A stretch of 63,918 nucleotides of DNA, counting the filler, from Nemertoderma westbladi (taxonomy: Eukaryota; Animalia; Xenacoelomorpha), in NCBI GenBank assembly GCA_032718475.1. It is 4 parts of 4 records of this genome, joined end to end, with 100 filler letters (N's around TTAATTAATTAA, not from the genome) between each part and the next. Parts side by side here need not be neighbours in the genome. Positions count along the whole stretch, not along the records: positions 1 to 14,457 come from JAUCBJ010006097.1; 3 more parts are not named here. One strand, 5' to 3'. The notes under the pieces were generated by a model. The model made no database searches. It saw nothing but the letters and a program-made list of their open reading frames with translations, and was not told the origin of the DNA. Every line of letters starts with the position of its first letter. Within the stretch, counting starts at the first letter, position 1. Of the stretch, positions 1-12,339 are shown piece by piece. Made by a program: the position numbers and the translations under genes.

Positions 1-211
1 AAAAGGGTAGGATTGGCAAACAAGCTAAAGCTTATATTAATGCCGCTCCTACCCGTACGCACAACATACATACCACTCACACATTATTCCACGCGCTCGG
101 TGCATCATTTCTATAAGAAGAAGTTACGTTGATAAATTTAATTTAATTTTGTTAATTTGATAAAATCATATATAAGTTTATGGGAATTTCTTACTTGGCA
201 ATAGACTATAG

Positions 212-3200
212 TCAAATTATATGTTTATTTACAATAGGAAACAAAAACAAAATATAATATATTTATATTTATTTCAAATAATTTTAGGAAATTATTAATT
301 AAATAAATACCCCAGTTCTGTGAAGCGCTGGGTTGATGTAATGTAGATTTCTAGTGCCTCTGAAATAGCTCTGAGTATGTCCAGGTCCTATCCTTGCGGT
401 CCATAAAGTAAGTTGTGTAGAGTATAGTTGATGTTAAGGCTGGAAAGTACGGTAGTCAGTGCTATCCTGTGGGAGTCGTGTGGAGATAAGCCATTAATTA
501 AATCACCATTAAGTAGTGGTAGGCGTCCTCACGTTGGTGTCCACAAGCGCAAGTGGAGTCTGTGGCTATGTGGTTACGGTACATGTCATATTTTAGTACG
601 CTGCAGTTGCGACGTAGTCGCCCAACTAGCCCATTGATAGCAACAGATCCTAACATGAAATATGGGTTTAATTTATTAACTTTATATCTGCCTTCCGTCA
701 GTAAGATTTTCTTAAATATTTTTAGCGTTTCTGACTCAGTTACCTCATATGGAAGACAATTCCATAGATTCAACAGTTGAGCTTACAAACGAATTATTTA
801 CACATTCTGTGCGTGTTATCGGTAGTCTGTATTTATTCGTATGTCTCAAATTATAAGGGTTGGCTTGATCAATACGCGGTGGAATGATTTCAGTTAGGTG
901 ATGTGGTAGGTGTCCTTTAGATCCCTTGTAAAAAATACTCAGTTTAATTAAGTCGCGGCGGTCCTGTAGTGTTTGTAAGCCGGATTCAGCGTACAGGTCC
1001 TCAGTGCGGCACGATATTGTAAGTTTACATATAATTCTAATGGCCTCTTTATTTATTAGTTCAAGTCTTTCTTTTAGATATTGTGTACAACCATCCCATA
1101 CGGGACAAGCATATTCGAGAATAGGCAGCACAAAGGAGGTGTATAGCACTGAAAGAGCCCTTTTGCTAAGCTTGTATTTAGCAGCTCGCAGAAGGTTAAG
1201 TCTAGTCTTTGCTTTGTCAATAATGTTATTAATGTGGGAGTTCCACTTTAGGTTATTTTGAAGTGTCACACCAAGGTGCTTGTGGTGTTCGACTTCAGCG
1301 ATGGGAGTATCATGTAGAAGTAGCTGTGTGTATCCTGTACGTGGTTCTTGTCGGTGCGTAATTGTCATAGCTTCAGTTTTTAGTGGGTTGTAATCTACTG
1401 ACCACATATCCCCCCATTCGCCAATTCGTAGTAAGTCATCATTAAGTAGCCGGCAAGCTACTTGTGGGTCAGTAACCTCAATGTACAGCGAGGTATCGTC
1501 GGCAAAAAGTCTAGTTGGGTTAACCGTGATATCAATAAGGTCGTTTATAAATATTAAGAAGAGTAGGGGACCAAGAACTGATCCTTGGGGGACCCCTGCA
1601 GTGATCGGTAGCCAAGGCGACATGTGGCCTTTGATCATAACGCATTGGCTATTGCCACTGAGGTATGATAAAAGCCACTCATGTAAAGGGCCGCCAATTC
1701 CCATTCTACGGGCCTTAGTTATAAGGCCTGCATGGCTAATTTTGTCGAAAGCCTTAGTAATGTCAAGGAAAGCAATCTTGACTTCCTTTCCATTATCTAA
1801 GGATGTAGATAATTCGTCAAAAAGTGTTATGAGTTGGTAAGTAGCAGAATCACCAGGTAAAAAGCCTGACTGATTTTTATTTATTTTTTTAATTACGTGG
1901 TGCAGTATATATTTACTGACAATCCTTTCGAATAATTTTCCTAAAGCGCTTGTTAGAGAAATAGGCCTATAATTACAGCAGTATATGTTGGGGCCCTTTT
2001 TATAAACAGGTGTGACACATCTTTTTTTCCAATTTGTGGGATGGTGTTTTGATTTCAGGACGAGATTAAATAAATTTTTTAACTTTTCGATTATGACTGG
2101 ACCTCCCATTTTGAGCATCCTGTTGGAGATTACATCAACTGGACAACTTGCCTTAGCGGGGTTAATTGTTTTTAAGGCTTCCTTTACATCGTTAGATGTG
2201 ATAGTAATTTCATTTAATATTTCAGAGACGTCATCTAAATTCTGGGCATCATGATTTTGGCCGACATTGCTATTAGTTGGGGCGGTTGCCTGATCAGCAA
2301 AATAGATATTAAAGAGTTCTGCCTTGTCTGCTGATGAACTGGCATGGATATTTTTATAATTTACTGGGGGTATTTCGTTAATTTTATTAGTTTGTAAAAT
2401 TTTTTTGGTGAGTGACCACCATTGTTTTGTACTAGGTTGGGTTGATTCCACTTTTTCTGATAGAGTATTAAAGTATTCCCTTTTTGCTTGTCTACAGGAG
2501 GATATATAAGAGTTCCTACTCATTCGGAAGTTGGCCCAGGCTACTTCGGAATTTGACCTCTTGGCGATATTATGATATTTTTGTTTTTCTTTTAGTAGTC
2601 GTCTGGTGTCACTATCAAATCAGGGCTTGTCATTGGGGCGAATGGTGACCACCCTGTTCGGTATGTGCTTTGAAGCAATTTTCATAAAAATTTTTGTCCA
2701 AGTATCAATAATTCCGTCAATGTCGTTAACTTCTTCCGGTATCTTAGCTAGATCAGTCTGAGTAAGCTCCCGTCGGAAGGATGTATTATTAGCGTGGCTG
2801 AAATCCCACACCCGTCGTTTATATGCTGGATCCTGGATCATTGTCAGCTTATATTTAAAATGAACTACCATATGGTCGCTGCTTCCATAAGGCGCCTCAT
2901 GAAAGACATCATAGACTGAGCCGGGAGTAGTTGTCATCACTGGGCTTAATAGAGTTTTAGTTGTCCTTGTCACCCGAGTTGGTTCGGTTATGTATTGCGT
3001 GAGTCCTTGTCTCTGTATCAAAAATCGTAGATTTATTGACGATTGGTGTATAAGGTAATCTTCGTTTAAGTCGCCGAGTAGTAAAATGTGTTGGTATTCA
3101 AGTGCCCGGGCCTCATTCAACATTGCATTAAAACTCTCCCAGTAAAACGTTACATTTTCAGGCCTGTAGCCTACTCCTATTAAAATTTTTTTGTTGTTAG

Positions 3201-3240
3201 CCAGACATTCAACCCATAGTACCTCCAACCGGGGGTCAAT
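212..3240 (-). mobile_element. CR1/L2-group non-LTR retrotransposon, 5'-truncated and disabled: APE endonuclease (2620-3228), RT (745-2523), frameshifted C-terminal Cys/His motif (498-773) and 3' UTR
   Basis: EN motifs GDLN and SDH; RT motifs NYRPISL, FLDITKAFD, GVPQGSVLGPLLFLIFIND and LFADD; C-terminal CACGHQREDAYH. TGA nonsense codon at 2620-2622 in KP*FD; AATAAA on the minus strand near 225. Confidence 0.92.
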
Positions 3241-3294
3241 GTTTTCTAGTGTAATTTTGCGTTCGCATTTGCGTTTGCGTTTCCTCCCTTAAGT

Positions 3295-3395
3295 AATTAT
3301 TTTGGACTTTTGTGCTTATGGTTTCTCTATTAGGTATTATTATTAATTAATTATTATTGTTTTCGCTGAATTACTATCTCTGAATTGTGTTTATT
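3295..3395. repeat. 101-bp direct repeat, copy 1 (copy 2 at 10404-10504); candidate TSD of the CRE element
   Basis: Identical to 10404-10504 except for one base (CTGA/CTAA); followed by a T-rich run at 3396-3424, which reads as poly(A) on the minus strand. Confidence 0.9.
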
Positions 3396-4103
3396 TATTT
3401 ATTTTTTTTTATTTTTTTTTTTTTCTTAAGCTTACGAATCTCTTTCAGGCGCTATTAAAGACTCTTGTATCCCAAGAAATAACATCAATCGGCAGGCAAA
3501 GCCGTGGTTTGATAAAGAATGTTACGTCGCGCGACAAAACGTTCTATCTTTACACCACCTGGCTAAGTCTAAGGACGAACTAAAACCATTGTTATGTGAA
3601 TCAAATACAAAGTACAAGCAATTATTGATAGAGAAACAAAAATTATATACTGGTAAGATGGAGGACAAACTAATTGCTGAAGCCGAATCGCAGCCCTATA
3701 TATGGTGCAAATCAACTAACTCACAACCACCGTGTTCAATTACCCTCGAAACTTGGGAGAATCATTTCACAAAGGTGTTAAACAGCTCCATCACTATACA
3801 CCTGGATCCACCCAGAGACCCCTCTATCCTCTCATCCTCTATACAAATCAATAGTACAAATCCTGAGTTGTATGACCTGGATGATATTGACCTTGGAATA
3901 GATGACGTCAATGACGCTTGTAACAGGAATTTTACCGAGGAAGAAACCTTCAGAAATCTTCAGTTTCCTTAACTGTTCATCTCTGGCTACTCTTATTTAA
4001 TATGTGTCTAGCGACGGGGCGCCTAGTAACGGGTATGGAAAAATAGCCTTATGAAAGTTCTGTTCAAGGGCAAAGGTTCTCGGGACGACACGGATTGTTA
4101 TCG

Positions 4104-5048
4104 GGGTATATCGCTACTGTGTAACCCTTACAAACTAGTAACAGAATTAGTGACGAAAAGACTGCGCGAATTTTTGAACCGGAAAATTCCACCGGAACAA
4201 TTTGGCTTTATGCCCGGACGGTCCACTCATGTACGCGCTTTTGAAGACCTTTAGCAGTTTAACCTGCTAAAATTTATATGTCTTTTGGTTTATAAATAGA
4301 CTTTTAGTAAATGACAAGTATTTAATACCAATAAACACAACATTAGCCGAAGCCAGCCTAGTGCGCGTCCATTCACCCGCTGGATATACCCGGGAGACTG
4401 GATTCGGAGGGCTTAGATTTTATTATTGCAGTGAAGCCTACTGTATTATTCGATTGATCGTTAATAATTGATCGGTTGATGAGATTGATCGGTCACTATC
4501 AAACCAGGGCTTGTCATTGGGGCGAATGGTGACCACCCTGTTCGGTATGTGCTTTGAAGCAATTTTCATAAAAAATTTTGTCCAAGTATCAATAATTCCG
4601 TCAATGTCGTTAACTTCTTCCGGTATCTTAGCTAGATCAGTCTGAGTAAGCTCCCGTCGGAAGGATGTATTATTAGCGTGGCGTGGGTATATCGCTACTG
4701 TGTAACCCTTACAAACTAGTAACAGAATTAGTGACGAAAAGACTGCGCGAATTTTTGAACCGGAAAATTCCACCGGAACAATTTGGCTTTATGCCCGGAC
4801 GGTCCACTCATGTACGCGCTTTTGAAGACCTTTAGCAGTTTAACCTGCTAAAATTTATATGTCTTTTGGTTTATAAATAGACTTTTAGTAAATGACAAGT
4901 ATTTAATACCAATAAACACAACATTAGCCGAAGCCAGCCTAGTGCGCGTCCATTCACCCGCTGGATATACCCGGGAGACTGGATTCGGAGGGCTTAGATT
5001 TTATTATTGCAGTGAAGCCTACTGTATTATTCGATTGATCGTTAATAA
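4104..5048. repeat. 364-bp duplication (4104-4467 = 4685-5048) with an intervening templated insert (4492-4682, matching 2608-2798)
   Basis: Direct sequence identity at offset 581; the insert matches the upstream CR1 element at offset 1884 with two mismatches; short TTGATCG-repeat filler at 4468-4491. Confidence 0.95.
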
Positions 5049-5992
5049 ATAATTTCTGACTAATATTATTCACTTTCGGGAAATATTAACAGTTCCTTTA
5101 GGACGTGGCGCTCTATCTAGGTAAACAGAGATATGACTTATACTAAACACAACGGTAAGGCTTATGTTTCACGTATAAGGCGCATTCTTTAGGAAATGCT
5201 TTGTTATCAGCCACAATCATACACACTACCGGTACCGCACAATACTGCACACTTTTCTGCCGACCGTCAATGAATTTGATCACACATAAAGAGAACAGCA
5301 ATTGACTCATGTAGTGCCTATCAAATAGCATTAGGTTCACTACAAACCACGATAACATAAGTCGCAATTGTTATATGTATCCTGTCTCTCTAACCTGTAG
5401 TGTATCAAGAAAATTGGGAAATTTGGGTTCTTTATAGATGTTCTCCAAATAATAATCTTCAACCAACTGATACAAATAATAACAACAGTAAATAGCATTA
5501 AGACGGTAGGTTAAGATATGATATGATTGTTTGGTTAGTTGATAATTATGGCGATAACAGTTATACGTTCTATAATCTACGCCTACTAATGTTTTACTAA
5601 AAGTCTGAAACACCGAGTCATTCCAAAAGCCGATGTTCTTGGCCTAGAAGGAACAACAACAACAGTAACACTGAAACAGTAAGAATGAACACGCCTAGCA
5701 CGATCTGTAGAATATCTCCACATCGACAGTAAAAATCGCCCTGATTGGCTGTTAAGCTAAACAAAGAACCATGTGTCCAACGGCCGTTTCCATGCCAGCA
5801 ACCAGCTGTTAGATGTCGTAATCTGAATCATCAAGGCTACACTGTGCTAGAGGATTTGACGCATTGCGGGTTTTGTGCCTTGCCATGTCCGCCAAAGCAC
5901 ACATATAGAAGAATGACTTTTATGTCCGTTAAAACACCTACAACGGTACTTTGCGGGCAGGGGGACTGATTATATCCGCAAAAGCTTTTACA
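4811..5992. mobile_element. 1182-bp TGT...ACA element with 5-bp TSD (solo LTR or Ginger-like non-autonomous DNA transposon); left end duplicated at 4230-4467
   Basis: TSD ACTCA at 4806-4810 and 5993-5997; imperfect 14-bp terminal IR TGTACGCGCTTTTG / CAAAAGCTTTTACA; removing it restores the host LINE frame (GRST-QQPL). Confidence 0.85.
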
Positions 5993-7379
5993 ACTCAACA
6001 ACCGCTACAAGAACTAATAAATAGAATCAAATTTAATCTTTCGGAACCTAAGCAGCCTCTTTACGCTGCCTTCATTGATTTCAGGAAGGCGTTCGACTCG
6101 GTCCCGAGATCGCGACTTTTATACAAACTATAATTTTTATTCAAGGTGAATGGGCGCCTACTGAAATTAATTAAAGCGATTCGCGATAAAGCGAAATTAT
6201 ATCGAAATATTTGATGGCCTTCGAAAATCAAAAATTATTAGCCAGATGCAAGGGGTTCTACAAGGCGACACACTCAGCCCATTTTTATTTATTTTATATA
6301 TATTGGACTTAATTTTATTTATCAAAAGGTAACCATTGCAGTTGTAATTTATTTATTTGCGGATGATCTTCTATTATATTCCGATTCGCGAGAAAACCTT
6401 CAGACAGCCTTAGACGCGACCTGCCAATGGGCACACATAAACGGCCTCCAAGTTAACCTGAAGAAAACAGAAATAATAAAGTTTAGAAGGGGAAGTTTAG
6501 AAGGTTATCTGGTGCAGACAAATTTATATACAATGGTGATCCCGTCAGAATTACGAACTCATATACTTACCTGGGCTTTGTATTTCAACCAACATTGTCA
6601 TTTACTCGACACATTCTTAAGACGGTAGCCAAAGCTATTTCATCGGTTCACTCGATCAAAAATCCAAAGAATCTATCTCTTACTACAGCACTGAAATTAT
6701 TTAAAATTAAAATCTTACCAATCGTTACTTACAGTTTGAAAATCATTTGGCCACTGCTATCCACTTCTAACCTACACTCACTCGACAAAATAAAGTCAAC
6801 GTATCTCAAACGTGCTCTATGTTTACATAAATCAACTCAAAACCGGATAGTCTTAGCGATGTGCAATGAAGAACCTTTATCGATCAGCCTAATGAAACAC
6901 CTAAATCTTCAAGAAACAAATGAATACCACCGGAAGTATTATGACACAATTATAAGAAAACTCGCCGAAATTCCATCTGAATTTTGGGCTGCACAAGTAT
7001 TTTCGAACAATTATGGAAGGAGGCTAACTGCAGCACAAGACATTCAACCACACGTTTTTCAGCCCATGGGTTTCATCACCGTATTTGTACTACATCTGGA
7101 TACCATAAACCCACTGACAGATGCATCTGTAAACTCTGCCACCAGCTTCCACCTTATACCACTTAACTGAATGCAGGGAAAACAAAGAATCTCTATCCTA
7201 TTGGGGTAAATAAACTGAATTCCATCTGAATGACCATTTTAAATTATTTTATTTAATGTGTGTATCATCGGTATGTTTTAATAATAATTATGATTGTAAA
7301 GTAATTGTTATAATTTTCTTTAATTTTCTAGTTTAACTGCAGATTGTTTGTAAAGTATTTTAACAATTTAATTAGTAGA

Positions 7380-10300
7380 CCAGTAAAATGCATTTAACAA
7401 AAATATACATAAAACAGAGACAAATTAAAAAGGGGGCGGGGGAATAAGAGTTATAAGGGGGAGGGGAGATGGGATAGAGGGAGCGGGGAACGCAAGTGGA
7501 GGAGCCTAGTAGACGAGATCCAACAGACCCTCGTCCGTGGACCTAATCGATCCTAAGATCGAAGCGGCATTGCCGATCTGAATGGCAATGAGGAGCCTCT
7601 GTAGGAGGAATTGGTGCGACCGCGGTTCGTTGGTGACACTACGTATACGGTCGCCGATCTCCTTCAGGAAACTGCGAGTGGAAGAGCCCGGACAGCCGTA
7701 GGTCTCAAAGGCAACCGGGGAGAAGATGTAGCCCCGGTCGACTAGCTCCCGGTATTTGGCTGTTTTCTTCTCCTCAGCCACCTCCACAACGCGACCCCCA
7801 GCAGTCAGGGCAAGGTGTATGTGGCTGGGACAAAGGGGATCTACCACAGTCGCATCCCAAGTGACGGTTTTACCATGTTTCCATGGAACCATGGTTATTC
7901 CGTCGACTCGCTTCCCACCAATCCTGCAGAGGCCTGAAGGTTCCAGCATAGCTGGGATCCTGCAGCTGGTCAACGCACGCTTAACCAGGTCATTGACCAT
8001 GGCGTGGCGTGCGTGTCGCCCAGCGCTCCTCTTACAGGAGAGGCCATGGAGACCGTTGGGTGCGACTGGGTCGTCACAGCGGGCGCATTTGTGAGGCTCG
8101 GTGACCGGGCTACCAAGGCGTATTGCGACTGCTACTTGCAACTGCGCGCCTGTGCAGTCGTCATGCAGCCGCTGAAGCAATGAAAGCGGAAGGAGCGAGC
8201 ACGCATGCTGAACTGATCCCTAGGCCACCCATCCGAACTGGGAGACAGGCCTGGTCCCACGATTTACCCCCCATGTCACAGTTGGTGATCTCCTGGAGCG
8301 CTCCACAGAGTGTCCGATCATACTCCTTAAGGAGCTCCTGGTGTGTGAAAAACGGGGCAGCCCGAAGGAAGTAGACCAGATGAGGGATGGCAAAAGCGTT
8401 CTTTAAAAGGTAGAACGCGTGGTGCGCATCCAGGAGAGGGAGTCGTTTGGCGAGGGTGGAGAGGTCGCTGATCTTCTCGCGGAGACAGGAGACCATAGCG
8501 GAGTCGCCGATGGGTGCACCGAGCATCTCTAGATCTTCGAGCGAGGTGGTAAGGAAGCCTGGGCACACCGTCTCGAACTCCGCAGCGATCTCCTGACGGA
8601 TCGAATTGGAGACCTCCCCGACTATAAAAAGCTCGGTCTTCTTAGGGTTGATCTCCATCCCGAGCCGCTTCCCCTCACCCATCACCGTATGTAGGTCCTC
8701 CAACACCGTCCGGTGGTCTCCGGCGAGGTTACCATCGTCCAGGTACCAGACGTTGAAGTCAGACTTCATTGAATGGACCAGGTCGACGGAGGTGTCGCCG
8801 AAGAGGGCCAGTCCATCTGCATCACCCTGTTGAATTCCCTCTTCCGAGAGGAGTATCTCATCCTCATGGAAGAGGTAGCTTGGCTCGCCATAGGCAGCCA
8901 GAGTGTAGTTATACACTTGAGGGTGATTTCGATGGACCGTCTCTAGGATGGAGTCACGCCGGACGGAGTTGAAGGCGTTCCGAAAGTTCAGTTTCAGTAG
9001 AACGGTGCCAGGCGCGGAGGTGGCATTGATTAACGCCCGGGTCGCGTGGGCGGCAGCCTCGGCACCGTTTTTAGTCCCGATTCCCAGTTGGACGTCCCCG
9101 TAGGACTGACTCCGATCCCCACTGACGAGGTGGCCCGAGTATTTGGATGCCAGCCGCCGGAGGGTAAGTCTGACGGCTATTAGGCGAACCCCGTTGTCAG
9201 GTTTACTGAACGCGAAGAGGTTCGCCCCGAAGAAAACCGGTCGAATAACCGGGGGAACCTCGCCAGCGAGCACGATCTCAGTGAACCGACACAGACCTTT
9301 CAGGAGCCGAGTCGCGGGAGCTCCGTTTGAAGGATCGACGAGGTCCTTCAAGATCTGTGGCCGGAGCCCGTCCGGTCCACCTGTGCTGCCGGGCGGGAAG
9401 GAAGCGATCTTCTGCTTGAGGACCGCCGGGTAGCAGGTGGGCCGGGGGAGATCGGTGGGAGGGGGAGGGGTTCGGAAGTCAGCCGGACGGGGGGGATGCT
9501 TCCCTCGCAGTTTCTCCAACGTCTCGGGGGTATTCGGCGCGAAGGTGGAGGTGGATGAGGCCAGCCGAATAGCCCCCTTGACGTCGCCGTCCTCGATCTT
9601 CTCAGCGACGGTGGTGGCCAGCCATTCCTCGTCGCTGAGATTGCTTCCCTGCTTGCGATGGGATGGTGAATCCGGCGGAGCCTGCAGGGGGTTGGCGCAG
9701 AACTCCCGGATGTTCCCGTTTACCTGCGAGGCCAGGGAGCGTTGGTGACGCCCTCCAGCCCGCGCTGGTGCGGGGATACACTGGGCGCTAAAGGTCAGCC
9801 CGCAGCTGGGGCAGGGAGCTTTAGCGGAGGACGAGGACGTGGAGTTGAGGATGGAGGAGTTGGAGTCGTCTGGAGCTGGTTGGTCGGTGGGCTGGGAGAG
9901 TTCTGGAGCTGGAGTCGAGAGTATGTGTCTCGGGGCAGTCTCTGAGGAAGACAGGCGGGGAGCCCAACTGGGAGCGGTGGGGTCCATCCCAGAGAACCCG
10001 AGGAAGACGTCCCCGTCCTCGGACGAAACCTCATCCTCCGGAGAACCATCATCGGGGCCGGGTAATTTCCGTATTCTGGGGGAATTTGTTTTGAGTTTTT
10101 GCGTTTTGGGTTTAGCGATAACTCCGCCCGAAGAGCCACTGTCCTGAATAGCGGCGTGACGACCAATTTCTCCTTCACCCGCACCACGTAGAGAATCCAT
10201 TAGTCCATAAACATAAATAAATATTAGTTTACGGTAGGTCAGTAAGTACCGGTAACAAACAGTACTACAGTAGCTGACTCATTATTCTCGTGAAATACAT

Positions 10301-10403
10301 ATGTATGTATGCCGCTAAAAAAATGTAATATTTATAAAATGATTATGATTTGGTTTTACGTTACTTGAAGTGCCACTACCATGGCTTAATAATAAAATAA
10401 AAA
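7380..10403 (-). mobile_element. CRE-clade (restriction-like endonuclease type) non-LTR retrotransposon with internal deletions: RT ORF 8161-10200, zinc knuckle and RLE ORF 7506-8180
   Basis: GPDGLRPQ, RLIAVRLTLRRL, QLGIG, NAFNSV, GIQQGD, WYLDDG and LPVRMGGLG; CARC...HGLSC, RHAMVND, RVDG, WDATVVD and EEKKTAKY (PD-(D/E)xK). GC-rich relative to its flanks. Confidence 0.88.
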
Positions 10404-10504
10404 AATTATTTTGGACTTTTGTGCTTATGGTTTCTCTATTAGGTATTATTATTAATTAATTATTATTGTTTTCGCTAAATTACTATCTCTGAATTGTGTT
10501 TATT
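10404..10504. repeat. 101-bp direct repeat, copy 2, abutting the CRE 5' end
   Basis: Matches 3295-3395. Confidence 0.9.
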
Positions 10505-11050
10505 ATAGGCTGGACGGGCCGCATAACTGATCGTCTACTACTACTAACGTTAGCTAATTCATACAAATATCTTACCTTCCAACCATCGCCAGGCCACATC
10601 ATTTTTTACTATTATGTCAAAATCGTCAAAAGTAGCAAATTTAAAATTGGAAAAATCACAAAAATAACAGGATTCTTTTTTTGTGGAATTTAAAGGTTTT
10701 GTGGCACATTTCTTAATATAATAATCGAAAAGTTTAAATTTCTCAATAAATACAGTAACATGGAATGGGATACTGAGACATAATGTACGTCGTTCGGGGG
10801 AGGGAGATATAGACTGGTGGCACCAGCCTGTCTATAACAATTATTATAATTGTTATATAATCACACACTTGTAATAAAAAAGATAATTCATTTAAACAAT
10901 GGTAGCTACGCAGAGGTTGCTGGTAAAGAACAGTTGTTCAATTATTGTTTATATAATTGCCATCTTTGATTGCCTTTCTGAAAAAAATCTATATAAGAAG
11001 AGGTTTTTGGAGCATTTACAACAGCTTTTGATCTGATTTCCTTCTTAACT

Positions 11051-11700
11051 TGTTCGCGCTTTTAGACCTTTAACAGTTTAACCTGTTAATTTACGTGTCT
11101 TTTTTGCCTTCTTGCCCGTACAAAATCTGACCACAGTAAAAGAAAGTCTTGCGCGGTGTATGACCCACCGTGTGTGGGAGACTGAATTCTATCGGCATGA
11201 GGGTGTTACATTACTTTGTATTATTAGATTGATCTCAACTATATAATCTCCAAAAACTATGTTTACTTTCAGGGTAATATCAACAGTTCCTTTCAGATGC
11301 TGCGCTTTAAATATCATACAGACCTATGACTTACATTAATTACAATCGGTTGTTTATAGAGCATCACGGTTTACATTCTTTAGGAATGTAGAATTATTCA
11401 CTTGCACTCACTTCACTGACAATAATACAGAAACACGCTAATTAGCTGACTGTTACCAATTTTATTCAGTATTACTGTATAAAGTGAAATTTAGCTCGCT
11501 GACTTTGGGGTTATGAAATAGCATAAATATCATACAGACCAATGTAATTTGAGCCAATCGTTACTAATGTTTCCCTTCGGCTTACCTCTCAATAATAAAG
11601 AAAGTTAGATGGGTCGATTATTCGTACGTATTCTCCAAATATAAACACCATTACATACATATGTTACCAAACAACAATGAATCCATATATACAAGTTGCA
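11051..11700. mobile_element. Diverged, truncated relative of the TGT...ACA element
   Basis: Starts TGTTCGCGCTTTT-AGACC; shares colinear blocks with 4811-5450 (GGGAGACTG, TGTATTATT.GATTGATC, AATAT.AACAGTTCCTTT, TATGACTTA, CATTCTTTAGGAA, AAATAGCAT, TTCTCCAAATA). Right end not found. Confidence 0.75.
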
Positions 11701-11883
11701 AATCGTGCGTCGTGTCTTGTCACTTAGATAAGCTCACTACTCCACCAGCTATAACTTACCTTAGCCCTCAGCCTAGCATAGCCAGAAAGAACCACAGCCT
11801 GGCCTGGGCTGGTTGGCTAAAGGCAGGCTGAATGTCTAATGGGATACTCATGGCAATGATAATAATAATATTAACTATTTATT

Positions 11884-12012
11884 TACTTGTGTGTAAAGTA
11901 GCACTTTACAGTGTGATGATCCGAGTGCTTTGTTACACGAACGAACGTTAGTGAGTGAGTGAAAATAAAGCCACGAGGATCAGAATACTGTAAAGTACTT
12001 TGCAACAAGTAT
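11884..12012. mobile_element. Hairpin-type terminus of a Crypton-like non-autonomous element (related copy at 52664-52800)
   Basis: Imperfect foldback TACTTGT...ACAAGTA with a central CGAACG/AGTGAG motif; shares AAAGTAGCACTTT.CAG...GATCCGAGT with 52675-52710. Superfamily assignment from memory only. Confidence 0.45.
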
Positions 12013-12339
12013 GTATGTAGTTTTATTCCAAAATTGTAACATTACGAAATGATTGTATATATATTATAAGTGATAGAAACTGCAAATTATACAAGATATT
12101 CATTAATAAAAAGTACCTTCCCGCGTTAAATTTTAATGCGGTTTTGATGAACTATTTTATTTATTCAGTTCTTGTTGGGAGAACCATGTGAACGACCCCC
12201 TAAATTTGTATAAAATTTTGGATAATAATTTAACAATCGAAATTTTTGAAATTTTTCTGCTCTACTAGAAAATAGACATGTTGAACATGTAATTATTACA
12301 CTTCTTATGCATTTTGAACAAATTTACAAGAATGCGAGG

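Larger units (their letters stand above)
3428..7210 (+). mobile_element. Degenerate APE-type LINE ORF2 (linker, RT, C-terminal zinc knuckle), 5'-truncated and interrupted by a nested insertion and duplication at 4230-5992
   Basis: KPWFDKECY, YRGISLL, QFGFMPGRST|QQPL (rejoined across the insert), AFIDFRKAFDSV, GVLQGDTLSP, LFADDL, KFRRG and CICKLC; many stops and frameshifts. Confidence 0.9.

Noticed and set aside
5143-5613. Protein cargo (for example Fanzor/TnpB or a transposase) in the TGT...ACA element
   Set aside because: The short ORFs show no RuvC or DDE motifs, and the frames are not conserved in the 11051 copy.
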